Assembly: GCA_963843555.1 (NCBI GenBank)
Contig: CAWJKV010000004.1
Span: 106,843 to 170,842 of the forward strand
DNA from: an uncultured Methanosarcinales archaeon
GTDB taxonomy: Archaea; Halobacteriota; Methanosarcinia; Methanotrichales; Methanotrichaceae
Direction: 5' to 3'
Length of the DNA: 64,000 nucleotides
This document shows, in pieces, positions 52,304 to 64,000 of the stretch (position 1 is its first letter; the number at the start of each line of letters is the position of its first letter). The notes beneath the pieces are model-generated. The model saw only the letters and a program-made list of their open reading frames with translations. It searched no databases and was not told the DNA's origin. Made by a program: the position numbers and the translations under genes.

Positions 52304-53008
52304 ATGGCCCGTCCGGATAGGAGAGAGAGCAAATCGGAAAGGCTGTTGTTGCCCCTCTTTCTCGACCTCAAAGGAAAGCTGGTGGTAATCTTCGGCGGCG
52401 GGAGAGTAGGAGAACGCAAAGCCAGGCTGTTTTCGGAATACGGGCCAGTTCGAGTGGTCGCCCGGGATTTCACCTCCGACCTCCTGTCTCTGAAAGAGAA
52501 GCTGGAGCTGGTGGAGTCCGATCTGACTTCTGGCTTTGAGAAGCACCTCGACGGAGCATTCATTGCCATTCCCGCTACAAGCGATTCTGAATTGAACCGG
52601 GCCATAGAAGAGGAGGCATCCCGAAGGGGGATATTGGTAAACAGGGTGGAAGGGGCGGGGGATGTGGTTGTCCCTTCCCTGATCAGAAAGGGCCCAATCG
52701 CCATTGCTATCTCTACTGAGAGTCCCGGTCTCACCAAGTACCTGCGCCTCCAGCTTGAGATGAGGCTGACAGAAAACTACCAGGAGATGGCGCGACTGCT
52801 CTCTCAGATAAGACCGGAGCTGAAGGAGCAGATTCCCCTGCAAGAGGATCGTGCCCGGGCGATCTGGAGGATACTGGAGGACGAGGAGATCTGGAAGCTC
52901 CTGAATGTCTCCTATGAAAAGGCCTATATGAGAGCCCGCTTACATGCATGCCAGGATGAGCGAGATAGCCTCGATGCTGGTAACGCACCGCAAGGCCTCC
53001 ATCGATGA
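52304..53008 (+). CDS. sirC: precorrin-2 dehydrogenase
   Basis: LPLFLDL, FGGGRVGERK, ATSD..LN, VVPS, IAIST. Confidence 0.9.
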   Translation: MARPDRRESKSERLLLPLFLDLKGKLVVIFGGGRVGERKARLFSEYGPVRVVARDFTSDLLSLKEKLELVESDLTSGFEKHLDGAFIAIPATSDSELNRAIEEEASRRGILVNRVEGAGDVVVPSLIRKGPIAIAISTESPGLTKYLRLQLEMRLTENYQEMARLLSQIRPELKEQIPLQEDRARAIWRILEDEEIWKLLNVSYEKAYMRARLHACQDERDSLDAGNAPQGLHR

Positions 53009-54203
53009 GATTGAGCGGGCCTGGCACGGAGATGTAGAGACCATCCTCAGATGGGTGGGTTCTCAGGACAGGGTAGAGGAATGCGCCGTGCTCAAGACCT
53101 GCAACCGCGTCGAGATTTATGTGGTCGGGCCGCGCGGCGAAAAGGTGCTCTTCGACCTGGCCAAGAAGGCGCGCGTATCCTCTCGCATTATAGATTTTCA
53201 TGATCATGACGAGTCTTTGCTTCATCTCCTTCGCCTGGCCTCGGGGCTTGAATCCATGATCATCGGCGAGGACCAGATCCTCGGCCAGATGAAGGAGCTG
53301 ACTCAGATGGCGGCAAAAGCCGGAACGACGGGATGGATGCTGGAGACGGCCTTCAAGAAAGCCATTCAGGTGGGCAAACGCGTACGCAGAGAGACCCATA
53401 TCAACGAGCGATCCGTCTCAGTCGGCTCCGCCGCCGTTGACCTGGCAGAAGAGATCCTGGGTGATTTAAGGGGAAAGTCGGTTCTGGTGATAGGCGCAGG
53501 AGAGACGGGTGAGCTCATATCCCGGGCTTTGCTCTCCAAGGATATCGGCTCGCTGACGGTCACCAACAGGACAATGAACTCGGCTGAGTGTCTGGCCGCT
53601 TCCTTGGGTGGAGTTGCAGTGCCCTTCGAGGAGATGCATCTCTGCCTCAGGAAGGCCGATGTGGTGATCAGCGCCACCTCGGCGCCTCACTACATCCTGC
53701 TCAAAGATGATATCGAGAAGGCCATGGCCGAAAGATGTGAGAAGCTGCTCATAATCGACATCGCCAATCCGAGAGACGTGGACGAACTCGCTTCCGAGGT
53801 CCCAAATGTCGAGCTGCATAACATCGATAGCCTCAAGAACATAAGTTCGGAGAATATGAAGCAGAGGATGGTGGAGGCGGCAACTGTCGAGGCCATCATC
53901 GCCGAAGAGCTGGAGCTTCTCAGAGCCAAGTACAAGAGAAAAGAGGCCGAGGATCTGCTGGCCAGGCTTTACTCCCAGGCAGAGGCCATTAAGGACCAGG
54001 AGGTCAGGAAGGCTATGAATAAACTCTCGGCAAGGCATACCTTGGGCGATATCGAGCAGAAGGTGCTGCAAGACATGAGCCATTCCATTGTTAACAAGCT
54101 CCTCTCCGAGCCGACGAAAGCTCTGAAGAGCGCTGCAGAGCGGGGGGACAAAGAGGTTTTAAAATCTCTCGATGAGCTATTCGGCCTGGAGGAAAAGAAA
54201 TGA
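52956..54203 (+). CDS. hemA: glutamyl-tRNA reductase
   Basis: TCNRVE, GLESMIIGEDQILGQ, IGAGETG, DIANPRD. Confidence 0.96.
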   Translation: MSEIASMLVTHRKASIDEIERAWHGDVETILRWVGSQDRVEECAVLKTCNRVEIYVVGPRGEKVLFDLAKKARVSSRIIDFHDHDESLLHLLRLASGLESMIIGEDQILGQMKELTQMAAKAGTTGWMLETAFKKAIQVGKRVRRETHINERSVSVGSAAVDLAEEILGDLRGKSVLVIGAGETGELISRALLSKDIGSLTVTNRTMNSAECLAASLGGVAVPFEEMHLCLRKADVVISATSAPHYILLKDDIEKAMAERCEKLLIIDIANPRDVDELASEVPNVELHNIDSLKNISSENMKQRMVEAATVEAIIAEELELLRAKYKRKEAEDLLARLYSQAEAIKDQEVRKAMNKLSARHTLGDIEQKVLQDMSHSIVNKLLSEPTKALKSAAERGDKEVLKSLDELFGLEEKK

Positions 54204-55153
54204 GGAGAATGAGACGGCTGAGAATGCCGGGCATTCGGGACATGGTTGCGGAAACCAATCTCTGCATAACGGATTTGATACAGCCCGTCTTCGTGGATGA
54301 GAGAATATCCGAGCCAAAGAGAATCCTTGCCATGCCCGGTCAGTTCCGGCAGAGCCTGGAGAGCCTGGCGACTGAAGCCGCTGCTCTGGAAGACCTGGGC
54401 GTGCCGGCCGTGCTCTTGTTCGGCCTGCCGGCCCTTAAGGATGAATTGGGGTCGGGAGCCTATGATCCAGATGGTGTGATCCAGAAGGCGGTGCAAATCG
54501 TCAAGGAGTCCACAGACCTGGTGGTGATAACCGACCTGTGCCTGTGCGAGTACACCAGTCACGGCCATTGCGGCCTGATCCGGGGCGAGACTGTTTTGAA
54601 CGATGAGACGCTGCCCCTGCTGGGTGAGACGGCAGTCAGCCATGCTGAGGCGGGAGCAGATATAGTCGCTCCTAGCGGCATGATGGACCATATGGTGCAG
54701 ACCATACGCACCGCGCTGGATATGGACGGATACACGGATATGCCAATTCTTTCGTATGCCGCCAAGTATGCGTCCACCTTTTACGGTCCCTTTCGCGAGG
54801 CTGCCGAGTCGGGATTCGCCTTTGGCGACCGCAAAGGATACCAGATGAATCCGGCCAACTCCGCTGAAGCTCTCTGGGAGGTGCAGCTGGACATCGAAGA
54901 AGGAGCAGATATGGTCATGGTCAAGCCTGCATTGCCCTATCTGGATGTACTTCGCGCCGTTAAAGACATGTTTGGCATGCCCACTGCCGCCTATCAGGTC
55001 TCTGGCGAGTACTCCATGATTGCGGCCGCTGCCGAGAAGGGCTGGCTTGACGAGAGGGCCGCCTTCCTGGAGGCGTTGATGTGCATAAAGAGGGCAGGAG
55101 CGGATATGATCGTCACCTACTGGGCTAAGGAGTATGCGAAGCAAAATCAATAA
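54200..55153 (+). CDS. hemB: porphobilinogen synthase
   Basis: CLCEYTSHGHCG, APSGMMD, FYGPFR, MVKPA, YQVSGEY. Confidence 0.97.
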   Translation: MRRMRRLRMPGIRDMVAETNLCITDLIQPVFVDERISEPKRILAMPGQFRQSLESLATEAAALEDLGVPAVLLFGLPALKDELGSGAYDPDGVIQKAVQIVKESTDLVVITDLCLCEYTSHGHCGLIRGETVLNDETLPLLGETAVSHAEAGADIVAPSGMMDHMVQTIRTALDMDGYTDMPILSYAAKYASTFYGPFREAAESGFAFGDRKGYQMNPANSAEALWEVQLDIEEGADMVMVKPALPYLDVLRAVKDMFGMPTAAYQVSGEYSMIAAAAEKGWLDERAAFLEALMCIKRAGADMIVTYWAKEYAKQNQ

Positions 55154-55283
55154 CGCTTCAACCTATTGGATACCCGTCACGGAAGTATTCGGCCAGGACA
55201 GTTAGTTGGTACTTGGATTGAAGAAAAATTAATCAGAGTCCCAGGCATTAAAGATAAAAAGGTACAGTTGTTTCATAGATTCG

Positions 55284-56234
55284 ATGAAAGCGCCGTGGAT
55301 CCTGGGTGTAGCTCTCTATCTTCTCTTGTTAACTATTCTTCCCGGCTGTGCAGAAGATCAAAGGGCAGAGGGCCCCCATCTGGAGGTCTCAGCGATCCAT
55401 GGCGCACTGGAGATGGACAGGCCGACAACATTCTCCATTGTGCTGCTCAACAATGCCTCGCCCCCGGAAGGGCCGGAAGAGCTTGATCTCAATAAAGCAA
55501 ATGCCAGCAGCATCACTGCAGAGCTCGTATGCTCCGATGATAGGATCCGGGTACTCTCCGGGCCCCAAATGGCAGGTTCTCTCGGACCAGGAGAGGACAG
55601 AACAGTTCAGTTTATGGCCGATACAGAAGCGGCTGATGTGGGTATCTATCCCCTGCAGCTTCGCCTCAGCTATTCTCGACTATCCCAGGTGACGGCCTCG
55701 GGAGAAGAAAACTCTCCTGATATCGTCTTCAGATATGAAGAAGACTCTTTGGAGATACCACTGCCGATAAAGGTTGTGCGAGGACCCAGGATAGAGCTGA
55801 AAGAGGTGAAGGGAGAGGCAATCAGGGGAAAAGAGTCGAGCCTGGAGCTCGCAATTGTTAACAATGGCGATGAGCCTGCACTTGATCTCCGAGTGGAGAC
55901 GAGATCTATGTCGCCTTTTCTCCGGATCGAGAATGAATTAGGACCCGTGAATCTCGAACCAGGAGGTTCCTATCTGGTGAAGATGTCGATATTCACGGAT
56001 GAGAACGCCACTCCTGGCTACAGCCCCCTTCCTGTTAAGATCTCTTACCTGGAAACAGAAGAGATTGGTCAGATAAGCCAGGACCTCGCCGTCCTGGTCC
56101 TGGTTCATAACGATGAGTCTTCAGTCACCTGGCAACTATCGTTGGCCGGACTGGCGCTCCTGGCAGTCGGCTCCTATGGACTGAAAAGATTCCTGGACAA
56201 AAAGAGAAAGCCGCATAGATCCAGGAGAGTCTAA
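55284..56234 (+). CDS. COG1361/CARDB-like surface protein
   Basis: Signal peptide, two Ig-like repeats (GSLGPGE, NNGDEPA, NLEPG, G.YPL), C-terminal TM + basic tail. Confidence 0.75.
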   Translation: MKAPWILGVALYLLLLTILPGCAEDQRAEGPHLEVSAIHGALEMDRPTTFSIVLLNNASPPEGPEELDLNKANASSITAELVCSDDRIRVLSGPQMAGSLGPGEDRTVQFMADTEAADVGIYPLQLRLSYSRLSQVTASGEENSPDIVFRYEEDSLEIPLPIKVVRGPRIELKEVKGEAIRGKESSLELAIVNNGDEPALDLRVETRSMSPFLRIENELGPVNLEPGGSYLVKMSIFTDENATPGYSPLPVKISYLETEEIGQISQDLAVLVLVHNDESSVTWQLSLAGLALLAVGSYGLKRFLDKKRKPHRSRRV

Positions 56235-57471
56235 GAGGTCAAGCGCAGAAAACTCTCCTGAGCTTTTTCTAGAATCTCCTCCTCTCCAGGTATGACTCCC
56301 TCGCGCATGAGGACTTTTCCGTTGACGATGGTTGTGTCCACGCCTCCGGCCATGCTGTAGACCAGATGCGACAATGATATTTGTCTCAGGGCAGAACCAG
56401 GGCTTTTTCAGGTCGATCAAGGCCAGGTCGGCGAGAGCGCCAACGACCAGTCCCATATTCAGGCGGAAAGCTCTGTAGGCATTCTCTGTGGCGAGCTGCC
56501 AGATCTGCTTTGCCGAGAAGGCGGCTGGAGTATGGTAGGCGTTCTTCTGCACTATGGCGGTGGTCTTCATTTCTTCGAAGAGGCTGAGGTTGTTGTTGCT
56601 CGAAGCTCCGTCTGTACCCAGGCATACGTTTACGTCCGCCTTCATCAGTGTGTTCAGAGGAGCTATGCCCGAGGCCAGCTTCAGGTTGCTTACAGTGCAG
56701 TTCACTACATTGGCCTTTCTATCTGCCAGAAGGTAGCAGTCCTCCTCGGAGAGCCAGACGCAATGGACGGCTGCCAGGCGTTCATTCACCAGTCCCAGAG
56801 AGTCCAGGTACTCCACAGGGCTCTTCCCTTTGGAGAGCAAAAAGCCGTCCACCTCCTCGCGGGTCTCAGAGAGGTGGATATGAATCATGGCGTCATGCCT
56901 GTCGGCTATCTCCTTTGCCTTGAGCAGCGTCTCCTCCGAGCAGGTATAGGCGGCATGAGGGCCAACGGCAGGCGTTATCAGCTCATCGCCCTTCCAGCGG
57001 CGGATGAAGGGCTCCACCTCGGCGAGGAATTCGGGCCGCATATCGAAGACCACTCCGGATATGAAGGCCCGCAGGCCCATCTCCCGTGTAGCCTGGGCGG
57101 TGTCATCCGGAAAGTAGTACATGTCATTATAGCAGGTGATGCCGAAGCGAATCAGCTCCAGGCAGCCCAGCTTCACACCCCAGCGGACGTCCTCTTCTGT
57201 CAGCCGGGCTTCCAGGGGCCAGATCTTCTCCTGCAGCCAGGGCATCAGCTCCATGTCGTCCGCATATCCACGCAGCAGAGTCATGGCCAGATGAGTGTGA
57301 CCGTTGATGAGCCCGGGAATGGCCAGTTTTCCCCGGCCGTCTATAACCTCATCCCCACCTTCGTCCCGCAAATCGCGATCCAATCTTCGCGATCCTGCGA
57401 TCCATTATGAGAATATCACGACCTTGCAGCATCTGTCCAGATCGGAGAATGGAGACGTTTTTTATCAGCAT
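56231..57471 (-). CDS. amidohydrolase, 5'-deoxyadenosine/MTA/SAH deaminase-like; frameshifts near 57378 and 56372
   Basis: MLIKNV start, PGLINGHTH, GPHAAYT, HIHLSET, HCVW, SNLKLASG, LGTDGASSNN. Confidence 0.9.
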
Positions 57472-57577
57472 CAAGGAAAATTGGTACGAATTGATAATAA
57501 AATTGTCGAGAGAGAATTAGGGCGCGAATGGTATCGTCAGGCTTAAGATCTCCTGGGCTCAAGAGTTGTCCCGGCGA

Positions 57578-57688
57578 GCTGAGGTAGCCAAGCGGCCTAC
57601 GGCGCTGGTCTTGAGGTCCCGGTTTAATACCAGGACAGGACAACCAGTGGTGCATCGCACCTCGTGAGTTCAAATCTCACCCTCAGCG
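57578..57688 (+). tRNA. tRNA-Ser(TGA) with 26-nt intron (57616-57641) at 37/38
   Basis: GCTGAGG/CCTCAGC acceptor, CTGGT/ACCAG anticodon stem, long variable arm, GTTCAAATC T-loop, bulge-helix-bulge CTTG/CAGG. Confidence 0.95.
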
Positions 57689-58145
57689 CTTCTTTACGGG
57701 TATTTAAGAGCATCAAGTACATTTATCTCTTGCGATCCTGCAGAGCATTATGCTCAAGTCTATTGCCATGGCAATTTCGATGCCACTCTCTTGCAATCAA
57801 TACCATTTTTTTTAAATCATATGATTCTTGGCTCTTTACTATCCTGCAGGAAGCAACGAAAATGGAAACGCTGTCAATCGCGCAAGAAGGCACCGCTTCT
57901 GTCTCAAAAGATAACTCATGGAGCTTTTTAAAAATATTTTACTTTTACAGATATCTGTTTTCACATGGTTATATTATGTAAATTAAAATGAATAATTAAA
58001 AAGATAAGATAATTTTTCGACGTTTATTGGCTATTTGGTTACCAATATGTCATCTCAATAAACTAATCGTGATGCTCATATTCAGTCAACAAGTTTTTAA
58101 AGTATTTTGTACTAATTTTAAATACTTAATACAGGTGAGAAAGAG

Positions 58146-58505
58146 ATGTCCGGCTGTGAACACAAGATATCAGGCAGCAGAGAAAAGATATGGATGCCAT
58201 ACTACTTTGAAGGCAGAGAACGAGGGCTAAAACCCCATCCCTATTGCACAGAATGCGGACTGATCAAAAATCTGTCCTCGGATAAGGCGCGAAGCGTGGG
58301 GTATTTCATGAATCTGATTGCAGAGCTCGGCGAGCGCCATAAGATCGCAAAGATCCAGACGAGGCTTATCGCGTTGGAGATGGAAAGACTTGTGCTGGAT
58401 GATAAATTCGGCATGGATCGCCAGCAGCAGGAGGATCTATTCGTGGAAATAACTACTCGAATTCTAAATGTGCCGGCAAGGGCGGTCTCGCAACTGCTGC
58501 TGTAG
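58146..58505 (+). CDS. hypothetical protein with possible Zn ligands
   Basis: CEH...HPYCTECG; AGGTGA RBS upstream. Confidence 0.7.
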   Translation: MSGCEHKISGSREKIWMPYYFEGRERGLKPHPYCTECGLIKNLSSDKARSVGYFMNLIAELGERHKIAKIQTRLIALEMERLVLDDKFGMDRQQQEDLFVEITTRILNVPARAVSQLLL

Positions 58506-58628
58506 CAGTCATATCTGTCTCGAATCCAACATCAATTTTGCAAGTATCCGAATATATGCCAGGATCTTTTTTAATAATCCTTTTGCATAAATATAATAAA
58601 ATTTGAGTCTCTTAATATCGGGCTCAAG

Positions 58629-59067
58629 TCATATCCGTTTATTTGTGCTCTTTCTCCGGCAATAGCCATTATAAGCCACCCTGGAAAGCTCGTCGGCCTC
58701 TTCGTTCTCCTCTCGCGGAATCCAGGAGAAGCTCACCTCTTTTCCCTGCCAGTAGCCGCTTGATCTCGGGAACGTACTTTTTGGAGGTCGCGGAGTTCAC
58801 CCTGTACTCGCCCTTCATCTGCTTGATCACCAACTGGGAGTCGCCTTTGATCAGAATCTTCTCATTTATCCCTTCATCGACGATCCATTGGGCTGCTGCC
58901 ATCAGTCCCTCGTACTCGGCCACGTTGTTGGTCATACCCTGGCCCTCACCAACGGTGCCAAAACCCCGCCAGATCGGTTTGCCGTCGCGATAGACGAGAT
59001 ATCCGTAAGCCGCCACTCCGCAGGGATTTTTCGGATAACATAGACCGTCGAAGTAGATGGTGATCAT
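58629..59067 (-). CDS. rnhA: ribonuclease HI family; frameshift near 58738
   Basis: YFDG, TNNVAEYEG, GDSQLVIKQM; shifted frame WIPREENEEADELS. Confidence 0.9.
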
Positions 59068-59252
59068 ATCATTGTGGCATTATGAATGTGCCATTATAAA
59101 AACCCGGCCAGACTGCCATCCCTGGAGATGCTCACATCTACAGAAAAAAGCCATTGAAACCGTCACGATGCATTTATAACAGATTTGTTCAAACTCATGA
59201 TACAGGAATTAGCTTAAGGCCATGCGCTCAAGTAAAGAGGTTCCTAGAGATC

Positions 59253-60320
59253 ATGAAGGTTGCTGTCATTGGAGGAGGCATCGCTGGTGCAGAGCTGATT
59301 AGAGTCGCCTCGCCCTGTCCTCTGGAGTTCACATTAATTGAGCCCAAGAAGCAGATAGAGATGCAGGCCCTGTATCCAGAGTACCTGGGCGGTGTGGCCA
59401 GGCTCCAGGATCTGGCAGCACCACTTAAGCCCTTCTGCGAGCGCGTGGGAGCCCATCACATCCAGGAGAAGGCCGTCTCCTTGGAAGGGAACACCGTCGT
59501 CTGCGAGAAATCGCGGGTGGATTTTGACTATGTCGTCATAGCCACAGGCGCCGCCCAGAACTACTTTGGCATCCGAGGTGTCGAGAACACCTTCTCCATC
59601 AATACTCTGGAGGAGACCAAGAAGGCGCGAAGATTCGTGGAAGACAACTATCCGGAGCGCATCATGATCATGGGCTCCGGCCTGACAGGCGTGGAGGCGG
59701 CCTCCATCTTGGCAGAGAGCCTGGATGCCAGCATCTACATCATCGAGGCGCGCGAGCGCGTCCTGCCCCTGTTCTCCACCGCAGACATCGGAACTGGTGG
59801 AAAAGGCGCTCTCCAAGAAGGGTGTGAACATCCTCACCTCTACCCAGGTCGCCGAGGTTAAGAAGGACTGTATAGTGTTCACGCGACGGCTCCTGTCTGG
59901 ACTGCGACATGGCCATCTGGACCGCGGGAGTGAAACCCTCTCCGTTCATCCAGGATCTCGATCTGCCCAAGAAGAACGGCTGGATTACTGGTGGACCAGA
60001 ATTTGCAGGCCAAGCAGAACGTCTTTGCTATCGGCGACTGCGCCTGGATTGAGGTCGATGGAAAATTGGCCACCAAGACCGGCCTGGAGGCGGAGCGGCA
60101 GGCCAAGCATCTGGCCCGCAACCTGATCCACCTGGCAGAGGGGAAGCCGATGGAGAAGTACTCTGTACGCGCCAGCACCGACAGCCAGGTGGCGCTCATC
60201 TCTTTGGGCGCTGACTGTGCCGTGGGCGTGGTGGGAAAGACCTGCATCGGTGTGCCTACGAGGCTGATTTACTCGCTGAAGAGCTGGATTGACAAGTCGT
60301 TTATAAAAAGGTTCAAATAG
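59253..60320 (+). CDS. NAD(P)/FAD-dependent oxidoreductase (NDH-2/SQR-like fold); three +1 frameshifts (about 59775, 59883, 59985)
   Basis: VIGGGIAG, DYVVIATG, GSGLTGVE, IWTAGV, VFAIGDCA. Confidence 0.88.
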
Positions 60321-60402
60321 ATAGCTAAGATTATCAAACAATCAATACATTTTTCACTTGAACTCAATTTAGAAGAGACTCTGGATCTGAGAACAAAATC
60401 TC

Positions 60403-60441
60403 AAAAAAAGGATTTGTATAGGCGCATAATTCACGCCTATA
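60403..60441 (-). terminator. hairpin plus T-tract downstream of rps7
   Basis: TATAGGCG-N9-CGCCTATA (60417-60441) followed on the minus strand by a T7 run. Confidence 0.55.
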
Positions 60442-60457
60442 TCGCTGCGAGCAGCGT

Positions 60458-61015
60458 TTACCTGGCCGCTTTTGCCACGCGCTCCACACTGTCTCTGTGG
60501 TTGATGGCGTAGCTCTTGACATCGTGGTTGGCGGCAGCTATGATCTCGTCCGCGAGAGCTGCATCAGCCTTTTTGGCCTTCTTGAAGGAGGCGGCATGAG
60601 CGCCCTTGCTTATGAACATGAGCGCAGTATCGACCCTCCTCTGGGGTGCCGTATCCACGGCCTTGGGCACGGTTATGCCGCCGTACTTGAGACGGACAAC
60701 CTCTTCGCGAGGTCCGGCGTTGGCTATGGCCTTGGCCAGAACAGAGAGTGGGTTCTCCTTGGTCCTCTTGGCGACTATGTCCAGGGCACTCTCGACTATG
60801 CCGTAAGCCTTGAGCTTCTTGCCTGTGTTCTTCTCTTTGCGCATCATCTTATTTACCAGGCGCTCGACGATGTGCTGCTCAGACTTCTTGAACTGCTGCT
60901 TGGCATGCCTGCCGCCGGAGTGCATGACTGCCTTGGATGAGAGGTTCATGTACCCTTTGACGCTCGGGTCTCCAACCTCTACTTCAGCCGGATCCCATTT
61001 GCCGAATACCTTCAT
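60458..61015 (-). CDS. rps7: 30S ribosomal protein S7
   Basis: [33 protein letters not shown]. Confidence 0.97.
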   Translation of the reverse strand: MKVFGKWDPAEVEVGDPSVKGYMNLSSKAVMHSGGRHAKQQFKKSEQHIVERLVNKMMRKEKNTGKKLKAYGIVESALDIVAKRTKENPLSVLAKAIANAGPREEVVRLKYGGITVPKAVDTAPQRRVDTALMFISKGAHAASFKKAKKADAALADEIIAAANHDVKSYAINHRDSVERVAKAAR

Positions 61016-61021
61016 CCGAAA

Positions 61022-61450
61022 TCACCTCACCGGCTTCTCTTTTCTGCCCCGCACCAACTCTTGCAGGGAGACATTATTGACGGCGATTACTTTGAACCTG
61101 ACTCCTGGGATATCTCCCATGGACCGGCCTTGACGCCCACCGATGCGGTCAACCAGGACCTCATCGTGCTCATCTATGAATCCGATGGCTCCGTCCCCAG
61201 GGGTGAAGGCCGTAACCTGACGGCCGTTTTTGATGAGCTGTATGCGCACTGCCTTTCTTATGGCCGAGTTGGGCTGCTTAGCCTCTATTCCGACCTTTTC
61301 CAGGACAATACCTCTGCCCATGGGCGCTCCGCCCAGAGGGTCAGCCTTCATCTTGCTCCCCGACATCCTGCGAATGTACTTAGGATGGCTCCACCTCATC
61401 TCCTTCCTATCACTCTCCAGTTTCCTGGCTGCATAGATTCCATTTCCCAT
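61022..61450 (-). CDS. rps12: 30S ribosomal protein S12
   Basis: [25 protein letters not shown]. Confidence 0.97.
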   Translation of the reverse strand: MGNGIYAARKLESDRKEMRWSHPKYIRRMSGSKMKADPLGGAPMGRGIVLEKVGIEAKQPNSAIRKAVRIQLIKNGRQVTAFTPGDGAIGFIDEHDEVLVDRIGGRQGRSMGDIPGVRFKVIAVNNVSLQELVRGRKEKPVR

Positions 61451-61479
61451 TCATTTCACCTTGAGTAAATCGTGATCCA

Positions 61480-61911
61480 TCATTGAATTATGATATCGTC
61501 AACGCCGTGATGCCTCTGCGCAAGCATCTTGGCTTTTAGTATGTTGCGACCATCTCTGCCGATGGCAATGCCTTTGTCCTTATTTGCTACCTCTACATAA
61601 GCCAATCGCTTACTATTCTTGTTTACAACCATGACGTTCTTTATGGCCGCTGGCTGGAAGAGGTTCTCCAAAAACTCCTTTACGTCGTCGCTGTACTCGA
61701 CGATCTCGATCTGCTTGCCAACCGATTTCTTCACCCGGTTGATGTTCGAGCCCTTCCGGCCTATGGCTGCACCCATATCACCTTTTTTTATGACAAAAAT
61801 GATGCGTTCGTTTTCTTCATCGACGACGCAATCCCGGGCCATGCCGCCCGTCAGGCTCTCGAACAGAGCAATATATCTGATTCCTTCGGTGGTGAGCTTA
61901 AACTCACTCAT
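61480..61911 (-). CDS. nusA: archaeal NusA
   Basis: Two KH domains: GAAIGRKGSNI, GIAIGRDGRNI. Confidence 0.95.
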   Translation of the reverse strand: MSEFKLTTEGIRYIALFESLTGGMARDCVVDEENERIIFVIKKGDMGAAIGRKGSNINRVKKSVGKQIEIVEYSDDVKEFLENLFQPAAIKNVMVVNKNSKRLAYVEVANKDKGIAIGRDGRNILKAKMLAQRHHGVDDIIIQ

Positions 61912-62216
61912 GCCTCAACACCCCGGATCTCACGCTGCAGTGCCATTATCTCCGAGTCCCCTGGCTCGATGATCGCCAAGGCGGCCACGGAGAAGGGTTT
62001 CCCGCAGGCAGATCCGAGGTCCTTGCCCATACCCTGGTAACCATAGACTGGAAGGTCCAGGGTCTCCAGCTTCATCCGGACGTCCGCAGGACAATCTACA
62101 GCGAATACTATGAGCTTCGCCTCTCCGCCTAGTCCCGCTTCAACAGTCCTATTCGATCCTAGCACTACGTTTCCCGTTCGGATGGAACTTCTAAGAGCTC
62201 TATCTACATTTATCAT
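61908..62216 (-). CDS. rpl30e: 50S ribosomal protein L30e
   Basis: TGNVVLG, LGSACGKPF, IIEPGDSEI. Confidence 0.96.
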   Translation of the reverse strand: MINVDRALRSSIRTGNVVLGSNRTVEAGLGGEAKLIVFAVDCPADVRMKLETLDLPVYGYQGMGKDLGSACGKPFSVAALAIIEPGDSEIMALQREIRGVEA

Positions 62217-62226
62217 CGTTATTACC

Positions 62227-64000
<1,774 letters not shown>

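Overview
Archaeal chromosomal window from a Methanosarcinales-type methanogen, most likely Methanothrix/Methanosaeta. The taxon is inferred from gene content: archaeal histone, Cdc6, GatE, PCNA, split rpoA1/rpoA2, ahbB-sirC-hemA-hemB. Most of it is core genome: priS-GINS-rpl44e-rps27e-aIF2alpha-nop10-PAC2, TFS-PCNA-priL, histone-gatE-cdc6, pycA-birA-JAMM-ribL-coaD, argD-hisC-AK6, the haem cluster, rpoA1-rpoA2-rpl30e-nusA-rps12-rps7, tRNA-Arg(CCT) and an intron-containing tRNA-Ser(TGA). About 15 genes, including essential ones, are split by single-base indels that are mostly +1 insertions, which points to consensus errors rather than decay. The strongest novelty candidate is a tandem pair (5030-8048) of signal-peptide + pentapeptide-repeat + 2-TM pore-loop proteins. 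Their filters lack TxGYG and resemble the glutamate-receptor M2 loop, suggesting an inverted-topology, possibly heteromeric channel (inference). An AT-rich segment (about 35000-38500) holds a genuinely decayed pstS, phased TATAT repeats, two divergent winged-helix regulators, a small membrane protein and a candidate sRNA. No CRISPR array, integrase or transposase was seen.
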